A stretch of DNA of 64,000 bases, from assembly GCA_963745235.1 (NCBI GenBank), contig CAVUXE010000052.1, positions 32,001-96,000 on the forward strand, read 5' to 3'. Positions 48,095 to 57,463 of the stretch are shown here, piece after piece. The notes under the pieces were generated by a model that saw only the letters and a program-made list of their open reading frames with translations, was not told where the DNA came from and did not search any database. The DNA comes from an uncultured Spirochaetota bacterium. Its GTDB lineage: Bacteria; Spirochaetota; Spirochaetia; SZUA-6; Fen-1364. A program made the translations under genes and the position numbers. Numbering within the stretch: position 1 is the stretch's first letter; each line of letters begins with the position of its first letter.

Positions 48095-51000
48095 TCAGAA
48101 AGTCAGCTTCGCCTCGATGCCAAAGCTGACAGCGAGGCGCCAGATGAGGCCGCCCGTGAGAGCAGTCTCCGTGTCGGCCCCCAGGTCGACGCTTCCCTTG
48201 ACCGAGCCATGGTTTCGAAACACGAGTGAGGTCGCATGCCCGAAAAGGAGAGTGGCGGGATGGTAGTCGCTCCCGGGGGCGTAGTTGAGCGCGAAGTTCG
48301 CGCTTTCCCGATGGGCGATCCAGGCGTCCTTGCCGAGCGCGGCAGAGACATAGGGCACATTGATGCCCCCATCGGGATGAATGGACCAGTCCAGGTAGGT
48401 CTGAATCGAATTGATCAAAGAGATCTGCTCCGTTATTACGTTCTGATCCCACTTGAAGCTGTCCGCCAGGGTGAAACCCGTTTCCTTTTCCCCGAGCAGG
48501 CTCGCGGAGAGGACCGCCGTGGCCTCGGAGAACTGAAGGCTGTCAGCGGAGTCGCCTTCCACGGAAGCGCTCAGATTGATGCCGTATTCGTCGGTGGTGA
48601 TCATGGGCAGTCGCGGGATGGATCCAAGCCTTCCGAACAGGTTGACGGCATGGGAGGCGGTGTCCATCGTGATGTAGATGTTCGTCTGCGAAATTGAGGA
48701 TGCGAGACGAAGCATCTGTCCCACGGAAAGGTCCGCGCTCGATGGAATGAACAGGTCGCTGAGATGTGAGCCGTAGTTCCTCTTGACGCCCACCGTGAGG
48801 GCGGGGTTGTACGACGCCTGCGTGGTGGCGCCGTAACTTTCCCAGATGGGCAGGATGGCGCTCGTGTTGTCAGTGAAAAGCTCGATCAGGGGGAGCGAGG
48901 TCAGGAGGTATCCCTGCTGGGCGAGCACGTTCAGGAGCTCGTTCGTCTCCGTCACGAATCGAGGACCGGGCATGGGAGTTGTGGTCACGGAGAGCAGACG
49001 CTTGTAGCCGACGCTGAGGGTGGAATCCCCCTGGCCGACCTTGAACAGCGTTGCCGCGGAGAGCAGGACGTCGTTCTCCTGCGTATACGGTCCGGGGGCG
49101 GCCGGCAGGGCGTAGTTGCTTCCCTGGGCCTGCGTGCTGGCTTCCAGGTCCACGCCGATCGGATTCACAGGCATCTTGAGACTGGCGCCCAGCTTTTCAA
49201 GCCGGGCGTAGTCAAGACCGCTTTCATAGGGCGCAAGGAGGGAGAAGCCCTGCGTCCACTGGGTAATGTAGGCCTCCGAGCTGAGGGAGTAGCCAAGCAG
49301 CGACTGGGAAAGCTGCAGGTCAGATGTAAGAGTGAGGGGAATGGGCGGGGCAACCGACAGGTGTCCCAGCCATGTCTGGGTCAGGAGACCCGTTGTCGGA
49401 TCAAGGGCGGATTGGGAATCCGCGGATGCAGTTGTGGCCAGCACGGGGCCAAGATCCACCCGGTTCTCCCGGGAAAACCCGCCCCCACCGTCGATCGAGA
49501 ATGCATCCATGACTGTGAGAGGGACGATGACCGCGGGCACCGTCACCTTGTGCCCGCCGAACACCGCGAAGCTCCCGGCAGCTTCCCTCACCTTGATGTC
49601 CGCCTGCACCTGCGCGACGAAAACGTCCGCCCCCACCTCGGTTCGCGAGTAGAGGTTCTCCGCCGCCGAGGGGACTCCATACAGGGAGGAAAAGCCCGCT
49701 GACATCATGCTCAGGTCCTGCTGGATCTTGAGGTTCGACAGGATTGCGACGTTGCCTGCCTTCAGCACAGGGCCGGGAAGCTCCCCGGCGAAGGAGCCGG
49801 TGAAGGCCGCCCCCAGCGAACCCTGCGGGTCGGTGAAATAGATCTCGTCGATGAAGAAGACACCAGGGGCGGGCGGGGGACTCGTCGAGCCGCTCGTGGC
49901 GGCAACGGATATCTGAAGCTGCGTTATGTCACCCGTTGACGAATCGAATTTCGTCGGCGCGCCGACGGTGTTCCCGTCGATTTTCACCGTGTTGTCCGAA
50001 CGGGAGACTCTCAGCTCATGCCAGACGTTGCCGCTGAAAGCGGTGTCGTTGAGCTGCCACGATACCCCCAACCCGCCCGAATCGTAGAGGGTGAAGGTGA
50101 ATGTCGTCCCGGGGCTCGCCGGTGTTGGCATCCTCACATATGCCACCACTGTCTGGTACTTGATCCCTCCCGTGCCCTGAGTCGTAAACCCCCTGATCGA
50201 AAATGGATTCGCGATATTTGCAGGAGAGCCCCACTGCACCTCCAGGACATCCTGTTCTTCTCCGTTGGGATGGAATTGCTGGAGTTTTTGGGGGAACTTG
50301 TCAGGGAGACGGTTTCCAGCGCCCGGATCGAAAGGAGCGAACTGCTCCTGGATTTCCTGAACGGTGATGTTGTTGCGATCCGTTGCAGGCGGCGGAGCGG
50401 CCTGCACCCAGAACGGGGTAGCCTCAACGGAGATCGAGTCGATGAGGACGTACCCTGTTGCGCTCGTCACGCCCGTGTGCGGAACCAGGATGATCCGGAC
50501 CTCTCGCGCCTGGAGCAGCTTGGCGCGGTCCTGGTCGCTGAGGGCAACGGTGGCCGTCAACCATCCCGTCGTTATCGGCGTGGTGGAGGTGGCTCCCGAC
50601 GCAAGAGACAGGATAGAGGAGATTTCATCCGAGCCAGCTCCCGGTCCGATGGTCACGATCCTGGTAGCATCTTCCTGGTCAAGGAGACCGTTGGCGTTCC
50701 TGTCCTCGGAGTCGAGCTTCCCGTTGCCCTGCAGCTTGGGGCCGGCACCCACCAGGAGACTGATGTTGCCGTGACTGGGATTCGAATCCGTAAACGGAAA
50801 ACCGACGTCAGCAGAAGAAACCTTGGCCTTCAGGATCCCGCTTCCGTCCAGGTCTTCCGAAATGCTTCCAATCTGCACGTAGACGTCGGTCTGGCCGGTG
50901 ATGTTGTATCCCTCCAGCCTGATCGTGAGCGCTCGCGCCGTCGACACGTCGACGTCGCTGCCAGGTGAGATTGGCATCTGCGTGCCGACCCACAGGTTGC

Positions 51001-53089
51001 TCGTGTTGTCCAACTGGTACTGCAGCACGAGGCTCGTTCCGTTCGAGTCTCCCTGCGAGCTGCCAAGCACATTGAACGGACCCGCGCGGGAACCGTTGAC
51101 GTACGGCAAGGGAGCGGGCGCGCCTGACCAGTCAATCGGCTCCAGGCTGTACGAGCCCAGGGCGCCATACTGTCGGTAGTCCGTGTAATAGAGATATCCG
51201 CGGTTCGACTGACTGAGGCCGAGACCGCTCAACGCGGATTCCAGGGGAAGGCTGGCCGGATACGCCTGGTCCTCGGAAAGATCGAGGTTGATCGAGTGGC
51301 CTTCCATGCCGAAGAGGCGGAGAATTCCCGTGGTGTCTGGGTCCGTGAATGACACGGCGCCCTGCGCCATCCATGAGTAGTTCTTCCCCTTCCCTTGCAG
51401 CTCTGCCGCCCCGATGACCGTGCCCGATTTCGAGTACGCCTCCTGCGTGAAAGTCCATGGATCCGCGTTCCATCGCAGCCCCGCGGAGAGGGTGAGGGCA
51501 AGATTGTTTTTCAGGTCAATCTTGTCCTCCCAGGCAAAGAGAATGTCGCCTCCTGACAGCCCCTGCTCCGCGACCCGATACGTGACATCGATCTGATCCG
51601 TGGGCTGGATGGGCACCTGGAAGGTCAGCGTGCCGGAAGCCGCGTCCGCCTGGAAGCGCGTCTCCGTGATGCCGTTGATGGTGACCTGGACCGAGCCGGG
51701 AACGATGTTCTGCTCCAGAACGAAGGCGGTGACGGGCGCCACGAACTGGACGCGCATGCCGAAGCTGAACTGTCCGGCCAGAGAGTCGCGGTTCGGTCCG
51801 TAGAGGAGGTTGGATGGGTCCTGATTCACGAAGGGATAGAAGTCCGGGAAATTGCGCGGGAGCGAATCCTGCACGACCATGAACCGGCTTTGCCCCACGA
51901 CTGTCCGAAATGCAAATCCCGTTGGGATCGCGGATGCGGACGAAGAGGCCGATGTCGGCGCGGTGGCCACGAACTGGTACGCGATGTTCGAGGGGTCGGT
52001 CGGGGGCGTATTGGAGAAGGCATAGGAGTTGTCTATCTCGAAGGGTGAATTGTCCCCCGGCTGCCAGATCATCAGCGCAAGGCCGACCCCCTGCAGATTG
52101 AACCGCCTGGTCGAAACGAAACTCTGCCCTAAATAGGTCGTGAGCGGGTTCCAGTCGAAGTTTGTCGTGGCACCGGAGAACTTCAGAAGGCCGGTTGTCG
52201 AGTCTCGCGGAATTGCGTTGACAAGCAGGTTGGTCCCCACCGGTTGATTTCCGACCGTATAGTAGACCAGCACCCTCCCCTTCACCGCGTTGTTCAGCGA
52301 CACCAGCCCGTTCGTCGTGTCGATCGTAACGTCGGTCAACGTCGCCAGACGGTACGTGCTGGCGTGTCCAGCAGTGTCCGTGCCCATCACGGTCCCGTAC
52401 TTGTCTTCGAGGTACACGACCAGGCTGCCCACATCAATGTTCGTGTCCGGCAGGAAGAAGTACCGTCCTTTGGTGTAGGTTTCCAGGCCAACGTCCTGCT
52501 GGATCAGCTCGTTCTTTCCGACGAAAGTCTTGTGCTTGATGGCCGTGGAATCCCAGCGCAGCAGGAAGTCGTTCGTGGACGGGCCGGAGACGAGCTCCGC
52601 GGACGCCCCGATGGAGCTTGTCGGCTGCGCGGGAATCTCGAGGAAAGGACTTGGCGGAATGCTTATGCCGCTGTTTCCGATGACGAGGGACCTGAGCACC
52701 TCGTCAGGATCTCCCTTGTAGCCCATGCGGATCGTGTTGCCCTGCGCGCCGCTCAGCACGGATACGTCGAGGAAGTATTTCCTCATCAAGAGGAGGGAGA
52801 TCAGGAGATCCGGTGATTGGGTAAAGACAAAACCAGGGGCCAGCCCCGGAAATGAGTCGAGGGCCTGCACGGGGAGCCCCGGCGAGAAAAGCAACCCGGT
52901 TGTGAAGAGGAGGCTCGCATTCCAGGACCCTTGCAGGCTGAGGTCCACATCCGCGCCTCCCAGCTTGCTGGAAAAAACAGTGGTCGGCGCCTCCGGTTGC
53001 GGCAATGTGACGGTCTGGCCGAACGCCGATGCAGCGGCGATGAGCGCCAGGAGGGCTAGTGAGGCGGTCAGGGCGCTGTATCGGGTCAC
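48095..53089 (-). CDS. Giant (~1,660 aa) predicted outer-membrane protein with SprA-like motifs
   Basis: Signal peptide after GTG 53089; NIVPGSVQVTING, VYVQIGSISEDLDG, GNGKLDSEDRNANGLLD; long amphipathic-strand C-terminal half ending ...FGIEAKLTF. The ORF is solid; the SprA relationship is inferred. Confidence 0.7.
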   Translation of the reverse strand: MTRYSALTASLALLALIAAASAFGQTVTLPQPEAPTTVFSSKLGGADVDLSLQGSWNASLLFTTGLLFSPGLPVQALDSFPGLAPGFVFTQSPDLLISLLLMRKYFLDVSVLSGAQGNTIRMGYKGDPDEVLRSLVIGNSGISIPPSPFLEIPAQPTSSIGASAELVSGPSTNDFLLRWDSTAIKHKTFVGKNELIQQDVGLETYTKGRYFFLPDTNIDVGSLVVYLEDKYGTVMGTDTAGHASTYRLATLTDVTIDTTNGLVSLNNAVKGRVLVYYTVGNQPVGTNLLVNAIPRDSTTGLLKFSGATTNFDWNPLTTYLGQSFVSTRRFNLQGVGLALMIWQPGDNSPFEIDNSYAFSNTPPTDPSNIAYQFVATAPTSASSSASAIPTGFAFRTVVGQSRFMVVQDSLPRNFPDFYPFVNQDPSNLLYGPNRDSLAGQFSFGMRVQFVAPVTAFVLEQNIVPGSVQVTINGITETRFQADAASGTLTFQVPIQPTDQIDVTYRVAEQGLSGGDILFAWEDKIDLKNNLALTLSAGLRWNADPWTFTQEAYSKSGTVIGAAELQGKGKNYSWMAQGAVSFTDPDTTGILRLFGMEGHSINLDLSEDQAYPASLPLESALSGLGLSQSNRGYLYYTDYRQYGALGSYSLEPIDWSGAPAPLPYVNGSRAGPFNVLGSSQGDSNGTSLVLQYQLDNTSNLWVGTQMPISPGSDVDVSTARALTIRLEGYNITGQTDVYVQIGSISEDLDGSGILKAKVSSADVGFPFTDSNPSHGNISLLVGAGPKLQGNGKLDSEDRNANGLLDQEDATRIVTIGPGAGSDEISSILSLASGATSTTPITTGWLTATVALSDQDRAKLLQAREVRIILVPHTGVTSATGYVLIDSISVEATPFWVQAAPPPATDRNNITVQEIQEQFAPFDPGAGNRLPDKFPQKLQQFHPNGEEQDVLEVQWGSPANIANPFSIRGFTTQGTGGIKYQTVVAYVRMPTPASPGTTFTFTLYDSGGLGVSWQLNDTAFSGNVWHELRVSRSDNTVKIDGNTVGAPTKFDSSTGDITQLQISVAATSGSTSPPPAPGVFFIDEIYFTDPQGSLGAAFTGSFAGELPGPVLKAGNVAILSNLKIQQDLSMMSAGFSSLYGVPSAAENLYSRTEVGADVFVAQVQADIKVREAAGSFAVFGGHKVTVPAVIVPLTVMDAFSIDGGGGFSRENRVDLGPVLATTASADSQSALDPTTGLLTQTWLGHLSVAPPIPLTLTSDLQLSQSLLGYSLSSEAYITQWTQGFSLLAPYESGLDYARLEKLGASLKMPVNPIGVDLEASTQAQGSNYALPAAPGPYTQENDVLLSAATLFKVGQGDSTLSVGYKRLLSVTTTPMPGPRFVTETNELLNVLAQQGYLLTSLPLIELFTDNTSAILPIWESYGATTQASYNPALTVGVKRNYGSHLSDLFIPSSADLSVGQMLRLASSISQTNIYITMDTASHAVNLFGRLGSIPRLPMITTDEYGINLSASVEGDSADSLQFSEATAVLSASLLGEKETGFTLADSFKWDQNVITEQISLINSIQTYLDWSIHPDGGINVPYVSAALGKDAWIAHRESANFALNYAPGSDYHPATLLFGHATSLVFRNHGSVKGSVDLGADTETALTGGLIWRLAVSFGIEAKLTF

Positions 53090-53155
53090 GCTGCCGGCAT
53101 TATCCAATGGAACCCCGATTCATGCAAATGCTTGTCCGGGCCGAAAATGAGAAAA

Positions 53156-54085
53156 ATGGACGCTCACAGCGACGCCATCCCACGATTCGTCTCCCGCATG
53201 TTCGAAGCCCCCGCGCTGAAGGCGTTGCCCGCGCTCCAGAAGGAGGAACAGGCCCTGCAGTTCCTCAAGGTGAACGGCGCCCAGCTTCAGCCCCTTCTGG
53301 CTTCGATGGGGATTGCCGCATCCGCGGGCTGGCACGAAACCACCGCGCGCCTGGCGCGGGAGATACGGCTGCTCGCAGACAAGGCGCTCGAAAGCGAGAT
53401 CTTTCGAGCGGTCGAGGAGCGGCTCCAATTTTCTTTCTACCCCGCTGTGGGCGCAAGCAAGCAGCCTCCTGCAATCGCGCGGGAAGAGCTCAGGGCCCTG
53501 TGTCGACGGAACGCCACCCATCCGGTCGGCCGCAGAGCGCTGGCCGGATCCCTTTCCGCGGTTCTCTCCGACCTCACGGAAAAGTATATCCCGCAGATCT
53601 GGGACAGACGGAAGTACACCTACGTGGAGCTGACACGTGTTCAGCGACTCGGGGTGAACGCCGGGGGATGCGTTGATCTGCTGCGCTTCACCCTCCTGGT
53701 GCGGCCCGCGGCCTATCTTCACGTCATGTCCGACGGCCAGGTGGCCCCGGAGTCCGGATTCGCTCCGGTCCAGGAACAGTCTCTGCAGAGGGCGTTCCCG
53801 GGGCTGTTCGCGCAGCTGGCCGCCACGCCGCCGGATCTCGTCAGGATGGCTCTGCGGAGTGCTCTCCCCTTCCCGGCAACTCAGGGGCTGGAGGCGACAG
53901 CCCGATTGACCTCGATCTTTGCCCTGCGGGGACGGGCGATGACACCGGCGCTGGTCGTCGACAGGGGCGCGGACTCACCGGACAAGAGCTGGTTCAACAT
54001 CGCGCGGCGCAACGCCGGATGGCGGGGGATAGATCCCCGGATGCTGGACGAGCTGTATTCGATTGCCTCAGAGAACCGATGGTAG
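53156..54085 (+). CDS. Hypothetical protein, probably cytoplasmic
   Basis: About 310 aa, no signal or TM; C-terminal VDRGADSPDKSWFNIARRN...ELYSIASENRW; no family recognised. Confidence 0.7.
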   Translation: MDAHSDAIPRFVSRMFEAPALKALPALQKEEQALQFLKVNGAQLQPLLASMGIAASAGWHETTARLAREIRLLADKALESEIFRAVEERLQFSFYPAVGASKQPPAIAREELRALCRRNATHPVGRRALAGSLSAVLSDLTEKYIPQIWDRRKYTYVELTRVQRLGVNAGGCVDLLRFTLLVRPAAYLHVMSDGQVAPESGFAPVQEQSLQRAFPGLFAQLAATPPDLVRMALRSALPFPATQGLEATARLTSIFALRGRAMTPALVVDRGADSPDKSWFNIARRNAGWRGIDPRMLDELYSIASENRW

Positions 54086-54093
54086 GAGCCTGC

Positions 54094-55219
54094 ATGAAGA
54101 GGATCGGCCTTCTTTTGGAGTCCCTCGTTGTCGTGGTCATCATCGTGGCGCTGGGACACACGTTCGTCGAGGATTTCTCAATCCTTGCGGGCTGGACGGT
54201 TGCCGCTCGGCGCTGGATCATCTGGGCCGGGCTGGGAATCGATGTTTTTTTTACCATTCGAGTTCTTCTGCCGGCTGTACTTTGCTCTGACAGCGGGCCA
54301 GGCAGCGGACTACCTCCTCCGGCAAAGGGGGTGGATAGATTTTGTTGCCTCCATCCCGCTCCTGCTCTTCAATTCCCTGCCCAACGCGCTTGCCCTCCTG
54401 GCCGGGGCGGGCCTGGTGACGGGCCTCGGAAGCTTCCTGAATGTGCTCAAGGTCATCAAGGCGGTGCGGATCGCAAGGATCCTCAGGCTCCTGAGGATAG
54501 TGAAGCTGTTCCGGGGGATCCGCTACGCCAGGTCCCCGATGGCCCAGAGGCACATCGCGATCATCACGACGATCAGTGTCACCGTGCTGGTCCTCTGGGT
54601 GCTGGTGGCGAACCTGCTCGGCGGCTTTGGGATCCTGCCCGGCCTGGAGAGCACTGTTCTCGGCTCGCAAAGTGCACACGCGCGCTACCTCGCCCGGGCA
54701 GGCTCCGACGCCACGGGCCTCGCTGCCCGCGCGCGCGAGGTTGCAGCCCTGGATTCCACCCTGCTGGTTGCGCGGTCCCCGGGTGGGTCAACCGCGTGGA
54801 CCCGATACGACGATGTATACTACTCGGCACACTTCCTGGCCGGCGACTACCAGTACTTCAGCGTGAACGGGGTTGAGTCTTTCTTCGACGGGAGGCCCGT
54901 CGCGCAGGCCGCTGCGAGGGAAGGCATCGTCTTCTTCGTGGCAATCCTCTTGAGCGTGCTTGCGTACCTCGTGCTGTACAGCCCCCGATTCGCGCTGGGC
55001 ATCACTGATCCCATCCATGTCATGAAGCGGGGCATGGAAGAAAGCGCCTACAACCTGGAGGTCAAGATCCCACCCCGGCAGGCGGATGACGATGTTTTCG
55101 AGCTGGCGCGCCTCTATAACAGCGTCTTTCTTCCCCTCAAGGATCGGGGAAGCGCCGCAGAGGACCGGCCAGCCGCCCTGGGAATTGACGACATACGCTC
55201 TTTCGTAGAGAAAGAATGA
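54094..55219 (+). CDS. Voltage-sensor-like domain plus extracytoplasmic domain plus HAMP-like membrane protein; frameshift near 54257
   Basis: S2 DVFFTxEFF, S3 GWIDFVASIP, S4 KVIKAVRIARILRLLRIVKLFR; after the last TM, ITDPIHVMKRGM...DDVFELARLYN (HAMP-like). Confidence 0.75.
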
Positions 55220-55223
55220 CGGA

Positions 55224-55649
55224 ATGGTTGTGTCAATGATTCAGTTCCTCATTGAGCTTCCGCCCATCGAGTCGATCAAGGAAAAGCGAAGGATCGTCTC
55301 ATCTTTGAAGGAAAAGCTCTACCAGAAGTTCAGGCTTTCGGTGGCGGAGGTGGATCTGCTGGACTCCCTGCGATACGCGCAGATCGGCGCGGCGCTCGTC
55401 TCGAACTCGAAGAAGTTCGGGGAATCGGTGATGCACAAGGCCCTCGCCCTGGTGGAAAACCACGCTGAAGGCAGGTTGGAAAGCGCGGAGATATTCTCGG
55501 AGACGTATTCAGCCGGCGGGTTTGCTACGCCTCTTCCCCGCTCTTGCCCATCTCCAGCAGGTCCATCAGCGCGCCGACGCATTCCCGGAAATCGCGCAGG
55601 CTGTCCCGCAGGGAATAGTAGTTCAGTCCGGAGTAGTAGATCTTCGTGA
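55224..55649 (+). CDS. DUF503/YlxP-family protein; reading frame extends into the convergent gene
   Basis: ESIKEKRRIVSSLKEKL..KF.LSVAEVDL.D....AQIGAALVSNS. Confidence 0.82.
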   Translation: MVVSMIQFLIELPPIESIKEKRRIVSSLKEKLYQKFRLSVAEVDLLDSLRYAQIGAALVSNSKKFGESVMHKALALVENHAEGRLESAEIFSETYSAGGFATPLPRSCPSPAGPSARRRIPGNRAGCPAGNSSSVRSSRSS

Positions 55650-55962
55650 AGACCGAGAAGCTGATCTCGCTTGCCGTCTGCTGAAGGCTGACGTAGCAGC
55701 CGAACTCGTAGCAGGTCTTCAGCATCTCCTCCAGCTTTCCCTTCATGAGCTGGGAAAAGGAAGGCGGAAAGGTCAGGGCATACGCCAGCTCCAGGAACCT
55801 GCTTCCCCTCTCGATGAGGACTCCCGCCTGGAACGCATCGTCGTCCTCGAACGTCGCCGAGTACGCATTGTGCGACCGTTCGTCCTCAATGACGCGGAAG
55901 CTGAGCTCGGAAAAGAGCACCGTGACACGGCGTATCCTTTCCTCCATGAGCTGCGATTTCAT
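55525..55962 (-). CDS. Hypothetical protein, possible YbjN/CesT-chaperone-like fold
   Basis: Strong GAGGAGGGGG RBS, 145 aa, alternating beta/alpha pattern. Confidence 0.65.
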   Translation of the reverse strand: MKSQLMEERIRRVTVLFSELSFRVIEDERSHNAYSATFEDDDAFQAGVLIERGSRFLELAYALTFPPSFSQLMKGKLEEMLKTCYEFGCYVSLQQTASEISFSVFTKIYYSGLNYYSLRDSLRDFRECVGALMDLLEMGKSGEEA

Positions 55963-55979
55963 TCCCCCCTCCTCAAGTC

Positions 55980-56729
55980 CTACCTCCCCTCGGCAAGCCG
56001 AAGCGCAAGCTCGTCGGGAAGCCCCGCCGCCAAGATCTTCCTTTGGGTATCCTCCACCGCGTAGGCGACCCGCAGGTTCCTGTACACCAGGCTCCTAGTG
56101 TCAAATATACCAAAAGATGCCCTTGGATTACCATCCCTCGGCTGACCCACGGACCCGGGGTTGATCAGGTACCTGGTTTCCGCTTTCAGACGGACCTCGT
56201 GGGCGTCACGGATCACCCGAACCCTTTCCCGGCCCTCCGGATTCTCGAAAACCATGGGAAGATGCGAGTGCCCGTGGAAACAGACCATGGCCTTTGGACC
56301 TTGACCATCCATCCAGACCAGACTTTCTTCCACGGCGGAAGAGCTCAACATGTATTCGTCTTCATCCACCGGCGTCCCATGGCAGATGACAACACCGTCT
56401 TCCAGGACGACCGGGCCCTTGGGCAAAGCCCCCAGCGCCGACAACGTCTCCCGGCTCGCGTGCCTCCGGTTCCAGAGCGCCGCCATCCGTGCGGTGCTGT
56501 TGAACCACTCCAGGTCGATGAGCCCTGCCACCGCTTTGTCATGGTTGCCGCGAACGATCGAGGCGCTGCGGGCAAGAGCCTCCCGCACACAGTGGTCGGG
56601 ATCTGCTCCGTATCCGACAATGTCCCCGAGACAATAGATGGAATCCACGGCCAGGGCCGCAATTTCCTGCAGCACCGCGGCAAGAGCTTCCCGATTGCTG
56701 TGGATGTCGCTGATGATGGCGAGAGTCAT
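55980..56729 (-). CDS. YfcE/Ap4A-hydrolase-like metallophosphoesterase
   Basis: ISDIHSN, CLGDIVGYG, VRGNHD, CHGTP, FHGHSH, INPGSVGQPRDGNPRAS. Confidence 0.92.
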   Translation of the reverse strand: MTLAIISDIHSNREALAAVLQEIAALAVDSIYCLGDIVGYGADPDHCVREALARSASIVRGNHDKAVAGLIDLEWFNSTARMAALWNRRHASRETLSALGALPKGPVVLEDGVVICHGTPVDEDEYMLSSSAVEESLVWMDGQGPKAMVCFHGHSHLPMVFENPEGRERVRVIRDAHEVRLKAETRYLINPGSVGQPRDGNPRASFGIFDTRSLVYRNLRVAYAVEDTQRKILAAGLPDELALRLAEGR

Positions 56730-57463
56730 GGAAGATAGTCCCGGTTGATCCGCCACGCCGCCCCGTAGACGTTGGTGGCAGCGTGCCTGTCCACGAGGGA
56801 GACCTGCTTGATGACATCTTTCATCAGCGGGCGCTGGTTGGTTTCGGCATTCGGACACCGCGTCGGAACCACGGGGAGGGACAGCCGGGAGGCAAGCCGC
56901 TGGACCTCGTTTTCCCGCACCTCGCACAGGGGACGAATGATGGAGACCTTCCCCCCGAAGAACTCCTGCACGGGCATCATCGTGGAAAACTCGCCCCGGA
57001 AAAAGAGGTTCATGAGTGTCGTGCGGGCAATATCGTCCAAATGATGGCCCAGCGCAATCCGCGTTGCACTGATCCGCGCCGCCTCGTCAAAGAGAAGCCT
57101 TTTCCTGTTGCGCGAGCATGTGTAACAGCTGAACTTCTTTCTGAAAGTCGGCGGGCAGATCGAGGCGAGGACCCTTCGAAACGGGATGCGGAGATCCGCA
57201 TAGAATCCCTCAATGGCCTGCCGCTCCGCATCGGTCAGGGGATATTCCCGCCACTCGATATGCATGGCATGCAGCTCGTAGTCCACGGGGACCCACTTCT
57301 TCCTTTCCACGAGCGCGAGGGTCATTGCCAGGGAATCCTTGCCGCCCGAAACGCCAATGAGGACCTTGTCCCCCGGAACGATCATGCGGAAGCGATGGAT
57401 TCCGCGTCCGGCCCGGTGAGCAAAGCGCTCCAGGAGCCTCGCCTGCGAGTCTGTCAGGATCAT
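56726..57463 (-). CDS. ttcA: TtcA-family tRNA 2-thiolation ATPase
   Basis: PP-loop SGGKDS, CYTCSRNRK, ALGHHLDD, IIRPL, single C-terminal CP. Confidence 0.85.
   Translation of the reverse strand: MILTDSQARLLERFAHRAGRGIHRFRMIVPGDKVLIGVSGGKDSLAMTLALVERKKWVPVDYELHAMHIEWREYPLTDAERQAIEGFYADLRIPFRRVLASICPPTFRKKFSCYTCSRNRKRLLFDEAARISATRIALGHHLDDIARTTLMNLFFRGEFSTMMPVQEFFGGKVSIIRPLCEVRENEVQRLASRLSLPVVPTRCPNAETNQRPLMKDVIKQVSLVDRHAATNVYGAAWRINRDYLP

Noticed and set aside
54245-54252. T8 tract as a phase-variation switch
   Set aside because: The tract is in frame (GTT TTT TTT, V-F-F); the frame break is a few bases downstream, at ATTC versus ATC.
1622-55219. Frameshifts in about 11 genes (PEGA, rnfD, mlaF-1, mlaD-1, P-loop NTPase, clpX-like, aroA, M23, metallophosphoesterase, long TPR, voltage-sensor protein) as pseudogenes or programmed recoding
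   Set aside because: They are single-base indels, mostly in 2-5 nt homopolymers, and cluster locally (about five within 250 bp of mlaF-1). The flanking coding sequence shows no other decay and no slippery-site signals. Long-read consensus error is the simplest explanation; only prfB has a true cassette.
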